Assembly: GCA_046483495.1 (NCBI GenBank)
Contig: JAWODC010000074.1
Location: forward strand, 32,001-96,000
Length of the DNA: 64,000 nucleotides
Direction of reading: 5' to 3'
DNA from: Desulfobacterales bacterium
GTDB lineage: Bacteria; Desulfobacterota; Desulfobacteria; Desulfobacterales; UBA5616
Of this stretch, positions 50,815-61,088 are shown in pieces. Both the position numbers and the translations under genes were made by a program. Numbering within the stretch: the first letter of the stretch is position 1; each line of letters begins with the position of its first letter. Under the pieces are notes generated by a model. That model saw only the letters and a list, made by a program, of their open reading frames with translations, searched no databases and had not been told where the DNA came from.

Positions 50815-50962
50815 GTCATCTCCTTATTTCTCTTGACCGGCGATAAAGATGAAATTCCTTCTTTCGATCTTCGATTTCAACGGGGTGATACAATTCTTTC
50901 GTTCATCATTCAATGTTTTTATGAATCGGCAGGAGTGGAGCAAAATGGATCGTCGACGTCTC

Positions 50963-51832
50963 CTATAACCCGCGCATCCATTCAGGCCTTAATGACACCC
51001 GTCCGGCAAGGGCCCGATCGATCAGCCTGAGTGTTTCTTCCTTGTCTTCGGGTAATGCAGCTTTTATGGGAAGATAATTCGACGCGTGGTTGGCGTGAAA
51101 CAATCCACCGGAGAGATCCGTATGCGCAATCATAATTTTCAACTCTTCCAGCATTTCTCTTGAATTCGGCAGCAGGAAACGGCCCTCCTTATAGTCCTGG
51201 TAAAGGGGGGTTCCGGGAATCAACATCAGGCTCAACGCCCCCACGTACTCCGGATCCATGGCCGAAAGAACCCGGCCGGTTTCCCGGGCATGAACGGGTG
51301 AGCGCTCTTTACCGGCAAGACCCAAAAGAACGGTGACGGAAAGCTTGATGCCGGCCGCTTTCGCCTTATGGCCCATATCGATCATCTTCCGGGAATCAGC
51401 ACCTTTTCGAACCGCTTTCAAGGTTTGGTCATCACCGGATTCAAGGCCCATGTAAAGTATTCCAAGGCCGCATTCATTCAATGTTTTCAATTCGTCAGCC
51501 GTTTTTAACGCCAACGCCTTCGTATTGGCATACGTCCCCACACGAGTCACCCACGGCAGCTGTTTTTTGATTTCATTCAATATGGGCAAAAGCCGCTTCT
51601 GGGGAACGATCAAGGCGTCCCGGTCGCAGAGAAACACCCGCTTTTGGCGCCTGCAGTACTGTGCGGCAAAGGCGATGTCCGCCATGATAATGTTATCCGG
51701 CTTGATTTTAAAACGGCCGGCTTCGTTTGCGCTGCAGAAGGTGCACTTACCGTGAGAGCACCCCACCGTGATTTGAAGCAAAATGCTGTCGGCCTCGCTG
51801 GGAGGCCGGATAATGTTGCCTTCGTAATGCAT
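50963..51832 (-). CDS. Radical SAM protein
   Basis: IIRPPSEA, CSHGKCTFC (CxxxCxxC), GLESG, NHASNYL. Confidence 0.9.
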   Translation of the reverse strand: MHYEGNIIRPPSEADSILLQITVGCSHGKCTFCSANEAGRFKIKPDNIIMADIAFAAQYCRRQKRVFLCDRDALIVPQKRLLPILNEIKKQLPWVTRVGTYANTKALALKTADELKTLNECGLGILYMGLESGDDQTLKAVRKGADSRKMIDMGHKAKAAGIKLSVTVLLGLAGKERSPVHARETGRVLSAMDPEYVGALSLMLIPGTPLYQDYKEGRFLLPNSREMLEELKIMIAHTDLSGGLFHANHASNYLPIKAALPEDKEETLRLIDRALAGRVSLRPEWMRGL

Positions 51833-51836
51833 GATA

Positions 51837-52841
51837 CTAGCTTCTAATCCTTTTTTTCAGTTCTTTTATCAGAACCGTGCAAAACTGGTTCGCATCGGCG
51901 ACGACCGCCACATCCGCCATTTTCATCATGGTTGCGTTTACGTTTTTGTTCACGGATATGATAAAGCGGGCATCGCTCAAAGCCGCCGTATGCTGAATAG
52001 CACCGCTGATGCCGAATGAAAAGAGTACATCCGGACGGATAGGCTTGCCCGCCTGGCCCACAAGGGCCTCTTCGTCCACCCAGTCGGCATAGACCACCGG
52101 GCGTGTGGCACCCACTTCCCCGCCGAGCAGCTTTGCGAGTTCAAACAGTTTCTTGTACTTTTGCTTGCTTCCCATTCCCCTTCCGCCGCACACCACAACA
52201 CGCGCGTCCTCGAGGCGCTGCCCTTTTTTCTGCCACCGCTCGGCACGGACAAGCCTAACCCTTTCGCGAGGCAGGCTGTCGGGAAGGGGGATGCGGATCA
52301 CCTCTCCGACGGCCTCATAGTTGTGCGGTATTTCCTGAAACATTCCCGGCCTTACCGTTGCCATCTGCGGCCGGCACTCCGGCGTTACGATCTCGGCCAA
52401 GAGATTGCCTCCGAAAGACGGTGCAATTTGCACCAAAAGACCATCCGGATTGATGTCCAACCCGATGCAATCGGCGGTAAGGCCGGTTCCCAGTTTTTTG
52501 GCTGTTTTCGGAGCGAATTCGCGCCCGAATGCGGTGGCGCCCACCAGTATGATTTCGGGCCTGTAAATACGGGCAAGGTGATCCATCAAATGGCTGTACG
52601 TCTCGATGCTGTAATTTGTAAGCCTTTCGTCTTCGACGACATAGACCTTTTGGGCTCCGTGGGAAATATACTCGCCCACCCATTCGTCCACCTCATAACC
52701 GAACACCACGGCGCATACGGTCGCGGAAATTTTTTCCGCCAGTTCGTTGGCCCTGGAAATAAGCTGAAGGGTGACGCGATTTTGGAAGTAGTTCCGGTAA
52801 TCTCCGAAAATCCATATGCTCCGTTCGTTTGTAGGCACCAT
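51837..52841 (-). CDS. etfA: Electron transfer flavoprotein subunit alpha
   Basis: TGLTADC, RPQMATVRPG, GGRGMG, GATRP, VGQ.G, GISGAIQH. Confidence 0.93.
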   Translation of the reverse strand: MVPTNERSIWIFGDYRNYFQNRVTLQLISRANELAEKISATVCAVVFGYEVDEWVGEYISHGAQKVYVVEDERLTNYSIETYSHLMDHLARIYRPEIILVGATAFGREFAPKTAKKLGTGLTADCIGLDINPDGLLVQIAPSFGGNLLAEIVTPECRPQMATVRPGMFQEIPHNYEAVGEVIRIPLPDSLPRERVRLVRAERWQKKGQRLEDARVVVCGGRGMGSKQKYKKLFELAKLLGGEVGATRPVVYADWVDEEALVGQAGKPIRPDVLFSFGISGAIQHTAALSDARFIISVNKNVNATMMKMADVAVVADANQFCTVLIKELKKRIRS

Positions 52842-53662
52842 TACTTTTCTACTTTCAAATCCTTCCCGATGACACCGCCGATTTTATCGTCAAATCGTGC
52901 AAAGAGTTCCTCAACGATTTTTTTGGGCGAACCCTTCATCACCACATTGTCTTTTTTGGATGTGGGCGAATAGACGTTTAGAATTTTCGTGGGGGATGCC
53001 GCACTTCCCAATGTTTCAGGGTCAAGGCCGAGGTCTTGTGCTCCTAAACGGTTCATTTCGCCGACTTCAAACGAGATCTGGAGTCCGGCCAGCGGCACAT
53101 ACCGGGGCTGATACCCCTGGGTGCTCACGGTGACAAGGCCGGGAAGATCCATTTCGAGCGTCTCTAAAAAATTATCCGAAAATCGTTGTGATCTCAAAAT
53201 GTTGCCGGCCAGTTCCATATGATGGACATTGGCTATGCCGGGTATGTCGAGCTCTTCGGCCAGTTGGGGGCCGACCTGGGCGGTTTCGCTGTCACTGGTC
53301 GAACACCCGCAGAGGACCAGGTCGAAATCGGGGCATTTCATGGCAATGGCTTTTGCAAGCGTAAAGGACGTCACAGACGTATCCGCACCGGCCATTGCCC
53401 GGTCCGACAGCAAAACGCCGCCGTCCGCACCCATGGCCCGGGCTTCATACAGCACCTCTTCGGCCATGGGAGGGCCCATCGTTACAACGACGAGTTTGCC
53501 GCCGTAGGCCTGCTTTAACTGCAGGGCAGCCTCGAGTGCGTGCTTGCAGGCCGGGTTGATCATGCCCTCGGCCATTTCCCGTTTAAGGGTTCCCGTCCGG
53601 GAATCCCAAGGCAGTTCGGAAACCCCTGGAACCTGTTTTATGCATACCACTAAATTCAGCAT
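52841..53662 (-). CDS. etfB: Electron transfer flavoprotein subunit beta
   Basis: VCIKQVP, TMGPP, GADT..TS, TAQVGP, SPT. Confidence 0.93.
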   Translation of the reverse strand: MLNLVVCIKQVPGVSELPWDSRTGTLKREMAEGMINPACKHALEAALQLKQAYGGKLVVVTMGPPMAEEVLYEARAMGADGGVLLSDRAMAGADTSVTSFTLAKAIAMKCPDFDLVLCGCSTSDSETAQVGPQLAEELDIPGIANVHHMELAGNILRSQRFSDNFLETLEMDLPGLVTVSTQGYQPRYVPLAGLQISFEVGEMNRLGAQDLGLDPETLGSAASPTKILNVYSPTSKKDNVVMKGSPKKIVEELFARFDDKIGGVIGKDLKVEK

Positions 53663-53668
53663 GTTTTC

Positions 53669-54817
53669 TCAAGTCAGTTTGTTGAGTACGGCGCGGGAAA
53701 TAACCATGCGCTGCACTTCGCTCGTTCCCTCATAGATCTCCGTGACTTTGGCATCACGGAAATAACGCTCGACATCATATTCCTTGCTGTAGCCATAGCC
53801 GCCGTGAATTTGAACCGCTTTATCCGTCACCCTCACAGACATGGTGCTGCAGTACAGCTTTGCCATGGCGGCCTCCGCGCCGAATGGTTTTCCGGCATCC
53901 TTCAGGGCGCATGCCCGATACACCATCAACCGGCCGGCATCGATATCGGTAGCCATGTCGGCCAGATAATTCTGGATGGTCTGAAAGGATGAAATGGGCT
54001 TATTAAATTGCTGGCGCTCCTTGGAATACTTTACCGACGCCTCGAAGGCCCCCTGGGCAATGCCGAGGGCTTGGGCGGCGATTCCGATTCGGCCCATGTC
54101 CAGTCCGCTTAGTCCGATTTTGAGGCCGTCCCCCACCTTGCCGAGAAGATTTTCCCGGGGAACACGACAATCCTCCAAAAAAAGGGAGGAAACCGGATTG
54201 GCCCGCATCCCGCAAAGGTCTTCGATTTCCCCGACCGAAAAGCCGGGCCGGCCTTTTTCCACGATGAATACAGCGGCGCTCTGTCGCGGCCGGTTGAAAT
54301 CCGTCACCGCAAAAATCAAGGCCACATCGCAGATGCCCCCGTTTGTTACAAAAATTTTAGTGCCGTTCAACACGTAATGTCCGCCGTCCAATACGGCAAG
54401 CGTTTCCACGCCGCCGGCATCCGAGCCGGCATTTGCCTCCGTCAGGCAGAATGCACCGATATAGTCACCGGCCGCCATCTGCGGAATCAACGCTTCTTTC
54501 TGGTCTTTAGAGCCGAACTGCATGATTGGATACAGTCCAACGCTGTTATGCACGGAAACGCACAGGCCGATGGCGGCACACACCCGGGAAAGCTCTTCAA
54601 CGACAATGGCGTAGCTGATGCTGTCCAACTCCGCACCGCCGTAATCCCGCGGTGCCTGGAGACCGAAATAGTTCAATCCCCTCATCTTTTCGATGACTTC
54701 GATGGGAAACCGGGCCTCGCGGTCTATTTCGTAGGCGAGCGGGCCCAGTTCCGCTTCGGCAAACATACGGACCGTTTTTCGAACCAGGTTATGCTTCATA
54801 CATGGATTAAAATTCAA
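53669..54817 (-). CDS. Acyl-CoA dehydrogenase (short-chain/butyryl-CoA type)
   Basis: FCLTEANAGSD, GRIGIAAQ, RQQF, RDAKVTEIYEGTSEVQ; TTG start after GGAG inferred. Confidence 0.95.
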   Translation of the reverse strand: MNFNPCMKHNLVRKTVRMFAEAELGPLAYEIDREARFPIEVIEKMRGLNYFGLQAPRDYGGAELDSISYAIVVEELSRVCAAIGLCVSVHNSVGLYPIMQFGSKDQKEALIPQMAAGDYIGAFCLTEANAGSDAGGVETLAVLDGGHYVLNGTKIFVTNGGICDVALIFAVTDFNRPRQSAAVFIVEKGRPGFSVGEIEDLCGMRANPVSSLFLEDCRVPRENLLGKVGDGLKIGLSGLDMGRIGIAAQALGIAQGAFEASVKYSKERQQFNKPISSFQTIQNYLADMATDIDAGRLMVYRACALKDAGKPFGAEAAMAKLYCSTMSVRVTDKAVQIHGGYGYSKEYDVERYFRDAKVTEIYEGTSEVQRMVISRAVLNKLT

Positions 54818-55088
54818 AATGGACTCCGAATCAAGCGATTGATATACCTTGGGCCGCCGGGCAATTTTTTCTTCGTTACCCCAATCCTTTTGAAAAATCA
54901 AGCCATTCGATTCGTGGCGTTCGTGGATTCTGTTTAAATGCCGGCACTGACCGCATTCCAACGAGCATCGAATAACGTTCGCCGGTGGCGTGGATACCTG
55001 CTTTACCTGATGGTATTTTCCCCGGTTTTCGCACAAGCTGTTTTAAACGGCATGATTTCCCATACGAAATATCCGGAAAGGCAACGAT

Positions 55089-55450
55089 ATGAAAAATCCA
55101 GAACGCGACGTTATCCAAAACGGAAACATAGAGCGGTCACAACAGTCCGGCGCAGGATTGGCCGCCGTAATAAACGAGTTGAATCGCCTTGCCGATCACT
55201 TCGGCGGCCGGTTCTGGGCACGCTTATTCGGGATATGGGACCGGATCATGTATGCTGGGGAACGGATTCGGTATGGTTCGGATCACCGCAATGGCAGATC
55301 GAAGCGATGCGGCGATTCGAAATTCCAAAAGACATGCAGGAGCAGCACGGCTTCGCCCCTTTAGGTCCGGCGGACGGCGGCACGAAGCAGATGATTTTTG
55401 GAAAAAACTCGGCCGGCCTGTATGGATTGGCTACGACGGATCGGATCTAA
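55089..55450 (+). pseudogene. Remnant of an amidohydrolase_2-family gene (large internal deletion)
   Basis: C-terminal LGTLIRDMGPDHVCWGTDSVWFGSPQWQIEAMRR...IFGKNSAGLYGL is in a different frame from the ATG/RBS at 55089; metal-binding core missing. Confidence 0.7.
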
Positions 55451-55474
55451 ACCGAATCTGCCGGCAATGTCCGA

Positions 55475-56158
55475 TCACTTTTTCAACATGTTATAAAGCA
55501 TCGAACGCACCATCTCGTTGTCCGGGTCGATCGTTTCGGCCTCCTTGACATACTGGAGCGCTTCGAGATATTCCCCCTGCCGCATCAGCGCCCGTGCCAT
55601 ACCGATGTAAGGTTCGATGCTTTTCGGGAGAAGGCTGACGGCTTCTTCAAATAGAATTGCGGCTTCGGCGACGCGCTTTTCCGACAATAGTTTGTCACCG
55701 TATGCGAGCAGCGCTTCGCCAAGCTTATCTTTTACCAGAACGGCATCGGGCTTCAAATCAAGGGCTTCCCTCAAACAGGAGACCGCCCCTTTGAAATCGC
55801 CCCTGTTCATCTCCGCCGCTGCCCCGCCGATCAAACCGTCTATCAGCAGATTCAAAACGTCTTTTCGAGATCGTTCCGGAGCAAGCCTGAATGCACTCCT
55901 CAAAGGCGCGACGGCCTCCTGCCATCTGCCCAGATTCAAGTAGGACCGTCCCAGATAAAGATAAGCCTCACCATGATCCGGCTCCAGGTCGACAACCCTT
56001 TCGAACCGGACAATCGCCTCTTCATACCGGCCGCGGTTGAAGAGCGTAACTCCCCTGTCAAATGCCTGATCGGCACCCGTAAAGACCGGAAGACCCGCAC
56101 ATGCCGCCGCAACCAGCAGCAAGCCGATAAGGGTTGCGCATTTTATTCGCTGCTCCAT
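55475..56158 (-). CDS. TPR-repeat lipoprotein
   Basis: Lipobox-like LLVAAAC; several TPRs (AYLYLGRSY..LGR..EA); start MEQR after GGAGG. Confidence 0.88.
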   Translation of the reverse strand: MEQRIKCATLIGLLLVAAACAGLPVFTGADQAFDRGVTLFNRGRYEEAIVRFERVVDLEPDHGEAYLYLGRSYLNLGRWQEAVAPLRSAFRLAPERSRKDVLNLLIDGLIGGAAAEMNRGDFKGAVSCLREALDLKPDAVLVKDKLGEALLAYGDKLLSEKRVAEAAILFEEAVSLLPKSIEPYIGMARALMRQGEYLEALQYVKEAETIDPDNEMVRSMLYNMLKK

Positions 56159-56187
56159 TTCACCTCCGAGCCGCTCGGAATTCGTGT

Positions 56188-56246
56188 AGGGGGATTTTAC
56201 GGTCAACGCATCGATGGTGTGAACTATCCATTTCTCAATGGGCACT
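56188..56246 (+). repeat. 3'-half remnant of the hairpin repeat
   Basis: CAACGC-N18-CCATTTCTCAATGGGCACT, same spacing as copy 2 (CAACGC-N18-CCATTTCTGGATGGGCTCT). Confidence 0.6.
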
Positions 56247-56378
56247 GATAATTATGTGTATCAACTACCATACTTTTATCGGGATGTACAGGCAGCCTTA
56301 CCGGCATTTCGGGCTCCCGGCGCAACGAGAAGGCATCATGGAGGCATGCAAAATTTGGGAATTCGATTACGGTTACCA

Positions 56379-56407
56379 TTGAAAATTTCATGATTCGGAC
56401 ATATATT
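56379..56407 (+). promoter_or_regulatory. Putative promoter for htpX
   Basis: TTGAAA-N17-TATATT, 43 bp upstream of ATG. Confidence 0.55.
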
Positions 56408-56450
56408 CTGTCCATTACGTTTATTCAAACAAAAAAGGAGTGAAACTTAG

Positions 56451-57374
56451 ATGGGTAATCAAATCAAAACCGCCCTTTTGCTGGGCCTTATGACCGTTTT
56501 TATCATTTGGGTCGGCAATCTCCTGGGTGGCCGGCAGGGAATGATCTTCGCGTTTGTCCTTGCAGCGGGAATGAATTTTTTCAGCTACTGGTATTCGGAT
56601 AAACTGGTGCTTAAAATGTACCGGGCGCAAGAGGTTTCCCCCCGACAGGCACCTGAATTGCATCGAATGGTCCAGGAGCTTTCCCGGCAGGCCGACATTC
56701 CCATGCCGAAAGTGTACATCATTCCCCAGGATTCCCCTAATGCATTTGCGACCGGAAGAAACCCGGAGAACGCCGTTGTGGCGGTGACAAACGGATTGCT
56801 GCAAATACTGAACGAAGAGGAACTCAAGGGAGTGCTTGCCCATGAATTGGCGCATGTAAAGAACCGGGACATTCTCATCGGATCCATTGCGGCCACCATG
56901 GCCGGAGCGGTGATGATATTGGCCAATATCGCCCGGTGGTCGGCGTTTTTCGGCGGCGCAGGAAATGATGAGGAAGGCGGCGGCATGGGGATTATCGGTG
57001 TACTGGCGATGTCGATTCTTGCCCCTATTGCAGCCGTTCTCATCCAGATGGCGGTTTCACGGTCACGGGAATACCAGGCCGACGCATCCGGTTCAGGTAT
57101 CGCCGGCCATTCCGAGGGTCTGGCCGGCGCCCTCGAAAAGCTGGGGGCCTATTCAAAACGGCGTCCCATGGAGGCCAATCCGCAAACGGCGCACATGTTC
57201 ATCGTAAATCCGCTGTCCGGAAAAAGCATCGGGAACCTGTTTTCAACCCACCCGTCACTGGAAGACAGGATCGCGCGATTGCGGGGGGCTGCCGGTTCCC
57301 CCGGAAAACCGGACAAACGATCCAATAATATGAATTCCAACGCCAGGGACATGTGGGATCGACTGTCCCGTTAA
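56451..57374 (+). CDS. htpX: Zinc metalloprotease HtpX
   Basis: [16 protein letters not shown] (HExxH), SRSREY.AD, FSTHP. Confidence 0.96.
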   Translation: MGNQIKTALLLGLMTVFIIWVGNLLGGRQGMIFAFVLAAGMNFFSYWYSDKLVLKMYRAQEVSPRQAPELHRMVQELSRQADIPMPKVYIIPQDSPNAFATGRNPENAVVAVTNGLLQILNEEELKGVLAHELAHVKNRDILIGSIAATMAGAVMILANIARWSAFFGGAGNDEEGGGMGIIGVLAMSILAPIAAVLIQMAVSRSREYQADASGSGIAGHSEGLAGALEKLGAYSKRRPMEANPQTAHMFIVNPLSGKSIGNLFSTHPSLEDRIARLRGAAGSPGKPDKRSNNMNSNARDMWDRLSR

Positions 57375-57396
57375 GTCCGGGCCCATAGGCCATTTT

Positions 57397-58227
57397 TTAA
57401 GAGAGCTTTTCATACATATCGGCGATGAAAAGCTCTCCTTTTTTGGTCTGGCCGCCTACTTCCAGGAATCGCTTCATCCGGGCGCGGGCTTCCGGCAGCG
57501 CTAAAGATCGGGCAAACAATGCCGTTTCTTCGAACAGGCCGTCCACGATGGGCATGGCAGCTGCATTTCGAACGGATTTTTTTGCAAGGGCGATGGATTC
57601 CGCAGGAAACGAAGCCATGCGGAAAGCCAGATTTTCGACAAATGCTCCGATATCTTCGGCAGGCAAGGCCCGGTTGACGTATCCATACCGTTCCGCCGTT
57701 TCGGCATCCAGGTCTCCGCATCCAAGCACCACCTCCAGGGCCCTGCTTTGCCCGATCAGGCGCGGCAGCCGCTGAGTCCCCCCGCCGCCGGGAATAATGC
57801 CGATCGCCACCTCGGGCTGGCCCAGCATGGCCCTGCCGATGGCGGCAAACCGCATATCCAGCCCCAATACGAATTCGCTTCCGCCGCCGCGTGCCCTACC
57901 CTCCAGCTTTGCCATACTGACCTTGGGCATGCATCGAAATATCTCGCAGGTTTTATTGAGGTCGTGAAGCTCCATGGAAACCGGCGGCTGCTGCTCACCC
58001 ATTAACGCAAGCACTTCCACATCGAAATGCGCGATAAAAAACTCCGGATCGGCGCTTTCGAAAACCACCACCTTGACGTCATCATCCGCTGCAATCTCAC
58101 CGGCAATCCGATAGAGCTCCGATGACAGTTCGAGCGTCATCAGGTTGATCGGCGGATTGTCTATGGCCGCAAACAGGACGCCGTCCTGAAACCGGCATTT
58201 AATACAGCTGTAGTTGTCATAAGCCAT
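57397..58227 (-). CDS. Enoyl-CoA hydratase/isomerase family protein
   Basis: DNPPIN, FFIAHFD, GRARGGGSE, GQPEV.IGIIPGGGGTQRL; start MAYDN after GGAGG. Confidence 0.92.
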   Translation of the reverse strand: MAYDNYSCIKCRFQDGVLFAAIDNPPINLMTLELSSELYRIAGEIAADDDVKVVVFESADPEFFIAHFDVEVLALMGEQQPPVSMELHDLNKTCEIFRCMPKVSMAKLEGRARGGGSEFVLGLDMRFAAIGRAMLGQPEVAIGIIPGGGGTQRLPRLIGQSRALEVVLGCGDLDAETAERYGYVNRALPAEDIGAFVENLAFRMASFPAESIALAKKSVRNAAAMPIVDGLFEETALFARSLALPEARARMKRFLEVGGQTKKGELFIADMYEKLS

Positions 58228-58249
58228 TTCGCCTCCTTGAAGTGAACGG

Positions 58250-58654
58250 TTATTGGGGATTGAACGCATTTATGGTTGAAATCTGTTCATTCAGCGTCCA
58301 GAAATCATATAGGTAGCCGATGCCGAATATCCCGCCGGTAAACAGGTACAGAAGTCCGGTCAGCCATTTGCCCATATAAAACCGGTGGACCCCGAAAAAC
58401 CCAAGAAAAGTCAGCAATATCCAGGCAACCGTATAATCGATGCGACCGGCCCAAAACATCAGGTCCGCTTCACGGTCCATCGAAGGAATCAAAAAAAGAT
58501 CGATAAGCCACCCGATTCCCAGCAGCCCCAGTGTAAAAAACCAAATGGTTCCGGTGATGGGTTTTCCATAATAAAAACGGTGGGAACCGGTAAAACCGAA
58601 TAGCCACAGCAAATAACCCATAAACTTCAGATGCGTATTGTTCCTGTCTTCCAA
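58250..58654 (-). CDS. TM2/NINE-domain membrane protein (two TM2 repeats)
   Basis: GSHRFYYGK...IDLFLIP and GVHRFYMGK...YDFWTL. Confidence 0.9.
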   Translation of the reverse strand: MEDRNNTHLKFMGYLLWLFGFTGSHRFYYGKPITGTIWFFTLGLLGIGWLIDLFLIPSMDREADLMFWAGRIDYTVAWILLTFLGFFGVHRFYMGKWLTGLLYLFTGGIFGIGYLYDFWTLNEQISTINAFNPQ

Positions 58655-58680
58655 AACGGGCCCTCCATATCTTGAAAAGA

Positions 58681-59466
58681 CTAATCGTGCTGCTTGTCTC
58701 CCGCCGGTTTACGAAAAACGCGCAAGCCTTCGAGTGAGGCCTCCTGGCCCGCATAAATGCAGCAGTAGAGCAGCACCTCTTCGATTTCACGAGAAAGAAT
58801 TCCCTGTTTTAGACCTGCCGAAATAAAATATCCGAGATGGGCGGCACTTCTCGAGGCGGCAAACGCGGCGATCAAACACAGGAAAACGGTTCGCTTTTCC
58901 AGCCTGTTCCGGGTCAACAATTTTCCATAAACGGCAATCAATATAAATTCCTGAAAATCGTTGCCGGAAGAAACGGCCCGGATCAGGTCCTCGAATGCCG
59001 ATTTTCCGAAAAGGGCCGCCCCGTTTTCATAACCGGCCTTTATCCAGTCCCTGCCGGTGTATGCATGCCGCAGCTCCCCCGCCGGCGGGCCGGCGATGCC
59101 GTTTTCACGGCAATACTCATCCAACATTCTGACGCCGTCAAAAGCGGCCGGCCACCCGCCGCAAATCGCACACAGAAGGATGACTTCGCGAATCTCGACA
59201 CCGCTCCAGCCCAAATTGAATGCAATCTTCAGGTGCGTTTTCAAGTCGTGCAGGCGCCCGACAGCCGTCAGCATGGCGACCGTGCACAATTCCCGGGTCT
59301 TGATGTCCAGCCTTTCCTCCCGACCGTATACGCGGTTGAAGATATCATTGAACAAAATATCGGCAAATTCCTGATCGACCCCATCGAGAACCGTCCGAAC
59401 GACCGGATGCCATTCCTTTAACATTCTTTCCGCGGCAGCTTCGGGATTCTTTTTTCTATCATTCAT
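58681..59466 (-). CDS. Double-domain carboxymuconolactone decarboxylase-family protein
   Basis: LDIKTRELCTVAML...HLK.A...G...EIREVI...GWP, with the pattern repeated in the C-half; start uncertain. Confidence 0.82.
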   Translation of the reverse strand: MNDRKKNPEAAAERMLKEWHPVVRTVLDGVDQEFADILFNDIFNRVYGREERLDIKTRELCTVAMLTAVGRLHDLKTHLKIAFNLGWSGVEIREVILLCAICGGWPAAFDGVRMLDEYCRENGIAGPPAGELRHAYTGRDWIKAGYENGAALFGKSAFEDLIRAVSSGNDFQEFILIAVYGKLLTRNRLEKRTVFLCLIAAFAASRSAAHLGYFISAGLKQGILSREIEEVLLYCCIYAGQEASLEGLRVFRKPAGDKQHD

Positions 59467-59690
59467 AACGTTTTCCTTTTTCATCCGTGTAAAGGGTTTT
59501 CGAATGCGACACTTTCGCCATTCATGCCATTGCGGCAAAAAGGCAGATCAAATCGGTGCGGCGGCCGGATATGTATCAGCATGCACGCCCGTTTCATCGA
59601 AATCGTATTCGTTGACACCTTGCGCTCGCCATAGTATGTGAAAGCTTCGCCCGTTCGCCTGAATACTGCACACACGCAAAGAGGATTTTC

Positions 59691-61088
59691 ATGCATCATC
59701 TCGCAACACTTATGAACGCGCGCAACATCGCCGTGTTCGGCGCATCCAAGAGCCCTGAGAAGCCTGGTTCCATGCTTCTGCAGATCCTGCGCATGACCGG
59801 GTTCAGCGGCAAGTTCGCCGGTATAAATCCCCAGGGGGGAGACATACAAGGCATTCCCCTTTATCCGAGTATTCGGGAAGTGCCCTTTGAAACGGATCTT
59901 GCGGTGATGATTATTCCACCGGCAGCCGTTGTCGGGGCAATCCGCGAGTGCGCCGAGGCCGGCGTAAAAGGGGTGGTCATTTCCTCCGAAGGGTTTTCCG
60001 AATCCGGACCTGACGGCGCCCGCCATCAGGAGGCCATTGCCGATATCGTCAAAAAGACCGGCATCCGGGTTGTCGGCCCCAATACCCTTGGGATTTTAAA
60101 CACCGCTACCGGGCTGACCACATCCTACTATGCGGATGCCGGCGCTCTTCGGCAGGGGTGCATCGGATTTGCCGCCCAGTCCGGCATCTTTGTCGGGGCA
60201 TTTATGCGATACCTGAGTTCCTTTGACCACCTGGGAATTTCCAAGGGGCTGGGACTTGGAAACAAGCTCGATATCAACGAATCCGATGCCCTGGATTTTC
60301 TTGCCGATGACGTTCAGACCCGCGTTGTCGGCCTTTATCTGGAAGACATTCAAGACGGCAGGCGGTTTTTTGCCGCAGCCGAAAAAGCCGTCGCGAAAAA
60401 ACCCGTGCTGCTCATCAAGGGCGGCCGTACATCACCCGGCAGCAGGGCCACCGCCTCTCATACCGCCAGTATGGCCGTTGATGACAAGATACTGGACGGC
60501 GCCCTTGCTCAATCCGGCGTGATCCGGCTTTCCGGAATCGAAGAAATGCTGGCCGCCTTGATGGGGTTTACCTGGGCGCCGCTGCCGCGCGGGAACAGCA
60601 TCGCCATTGTCACCTATTCCGGCGCTCAATCCATTATGTGCATCGATTTGGCCGCAGATTTAGGGCTGCGCATGGCCGAATTCGGCCCCGCCGCCCGAAA
60701 CGGCCTCTCCCGGGTCATATCACGTGCGTATAAAGCGCAAAATCCTGTCGACATATTCCCGGATATGATGTCCCACGGTTTCGAGGAAACAATGCTCGCC
60801 ATTCTCGATGCCTTATTGAAAGACAACGGGGTAAACGGCATCTTTTTCATTTCTTTCGCCATCGAAGGAAGTGAAATTTACCGGCCGGTGGTGGATATGA
60901 TTCACGACCGGGCCGACAAACCGGTGTTCTTTTCGCTTTTAGGCCCCCGGGACGAGGTTCAGTCCACCGGCGACTTTCTATTGCGTCAGAAAGTGCCCTA
61001 TTTTCTTTATCCGGAGATGGGGATCCGTACATTCGCCCACATGTGGCAATATGCCCGACAGCGCAACAAACGGCATCACGCCCCCTGA
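59691..61088 (+). CDS. ADP-forming acyl-CoA synthetase, alpha (CoA-binding) subunit
   Basis: AVFGAS, VGPNTLG, AQSG, YLE, KGGRT, SHTASMA, NPVD; no ATP-grasp domain. Confidence 0.9.
   Translation: MHHLATLMNARNIAVFGASKSPEKPGSMLLQILRMTGFSGKFAGINPQGGDIQGIPLYPSIREVPFETDLAVMIIPPAAVVGAIRECAEAGVKGVVISSEGFSESGPDGARHQEAIADIVKKTGIRVVGPNTLGILNTATGLTTSYYADAGALRQGCIGFAAQSGIFVGAFMRYLSSFDHLGISKGLGLGNKLDINESDALDFLADDVQTRVVGLYLEDIQDGRRFFAAAEKAVAKKPVLLIKGGRTSPGSRATASHTASMAVDDKILDGALAQSGVIRLSGIEEMLAALMGFTWAPLPRGNSIAIVTYSGAQSIMCIDLAADLGLRMAEFGPAARNGLSRVISRAYKAQNPVDIFPDMMSHGFEETMLAILDALLKDNGVNGIFFISFAIEGSEIYRPVVDMIHDRADKPVFFSLLGPRDEVQSTGDFLLRQKVPYFLYPEMGIRTFAHMWQYARQRNKRHHAP

Noticed and set aside
54938..55450. 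170-aa ORF as an intact gene
   Set aside because: Only the last ~80 aa are protein-like; treated as a pseudogene remnant
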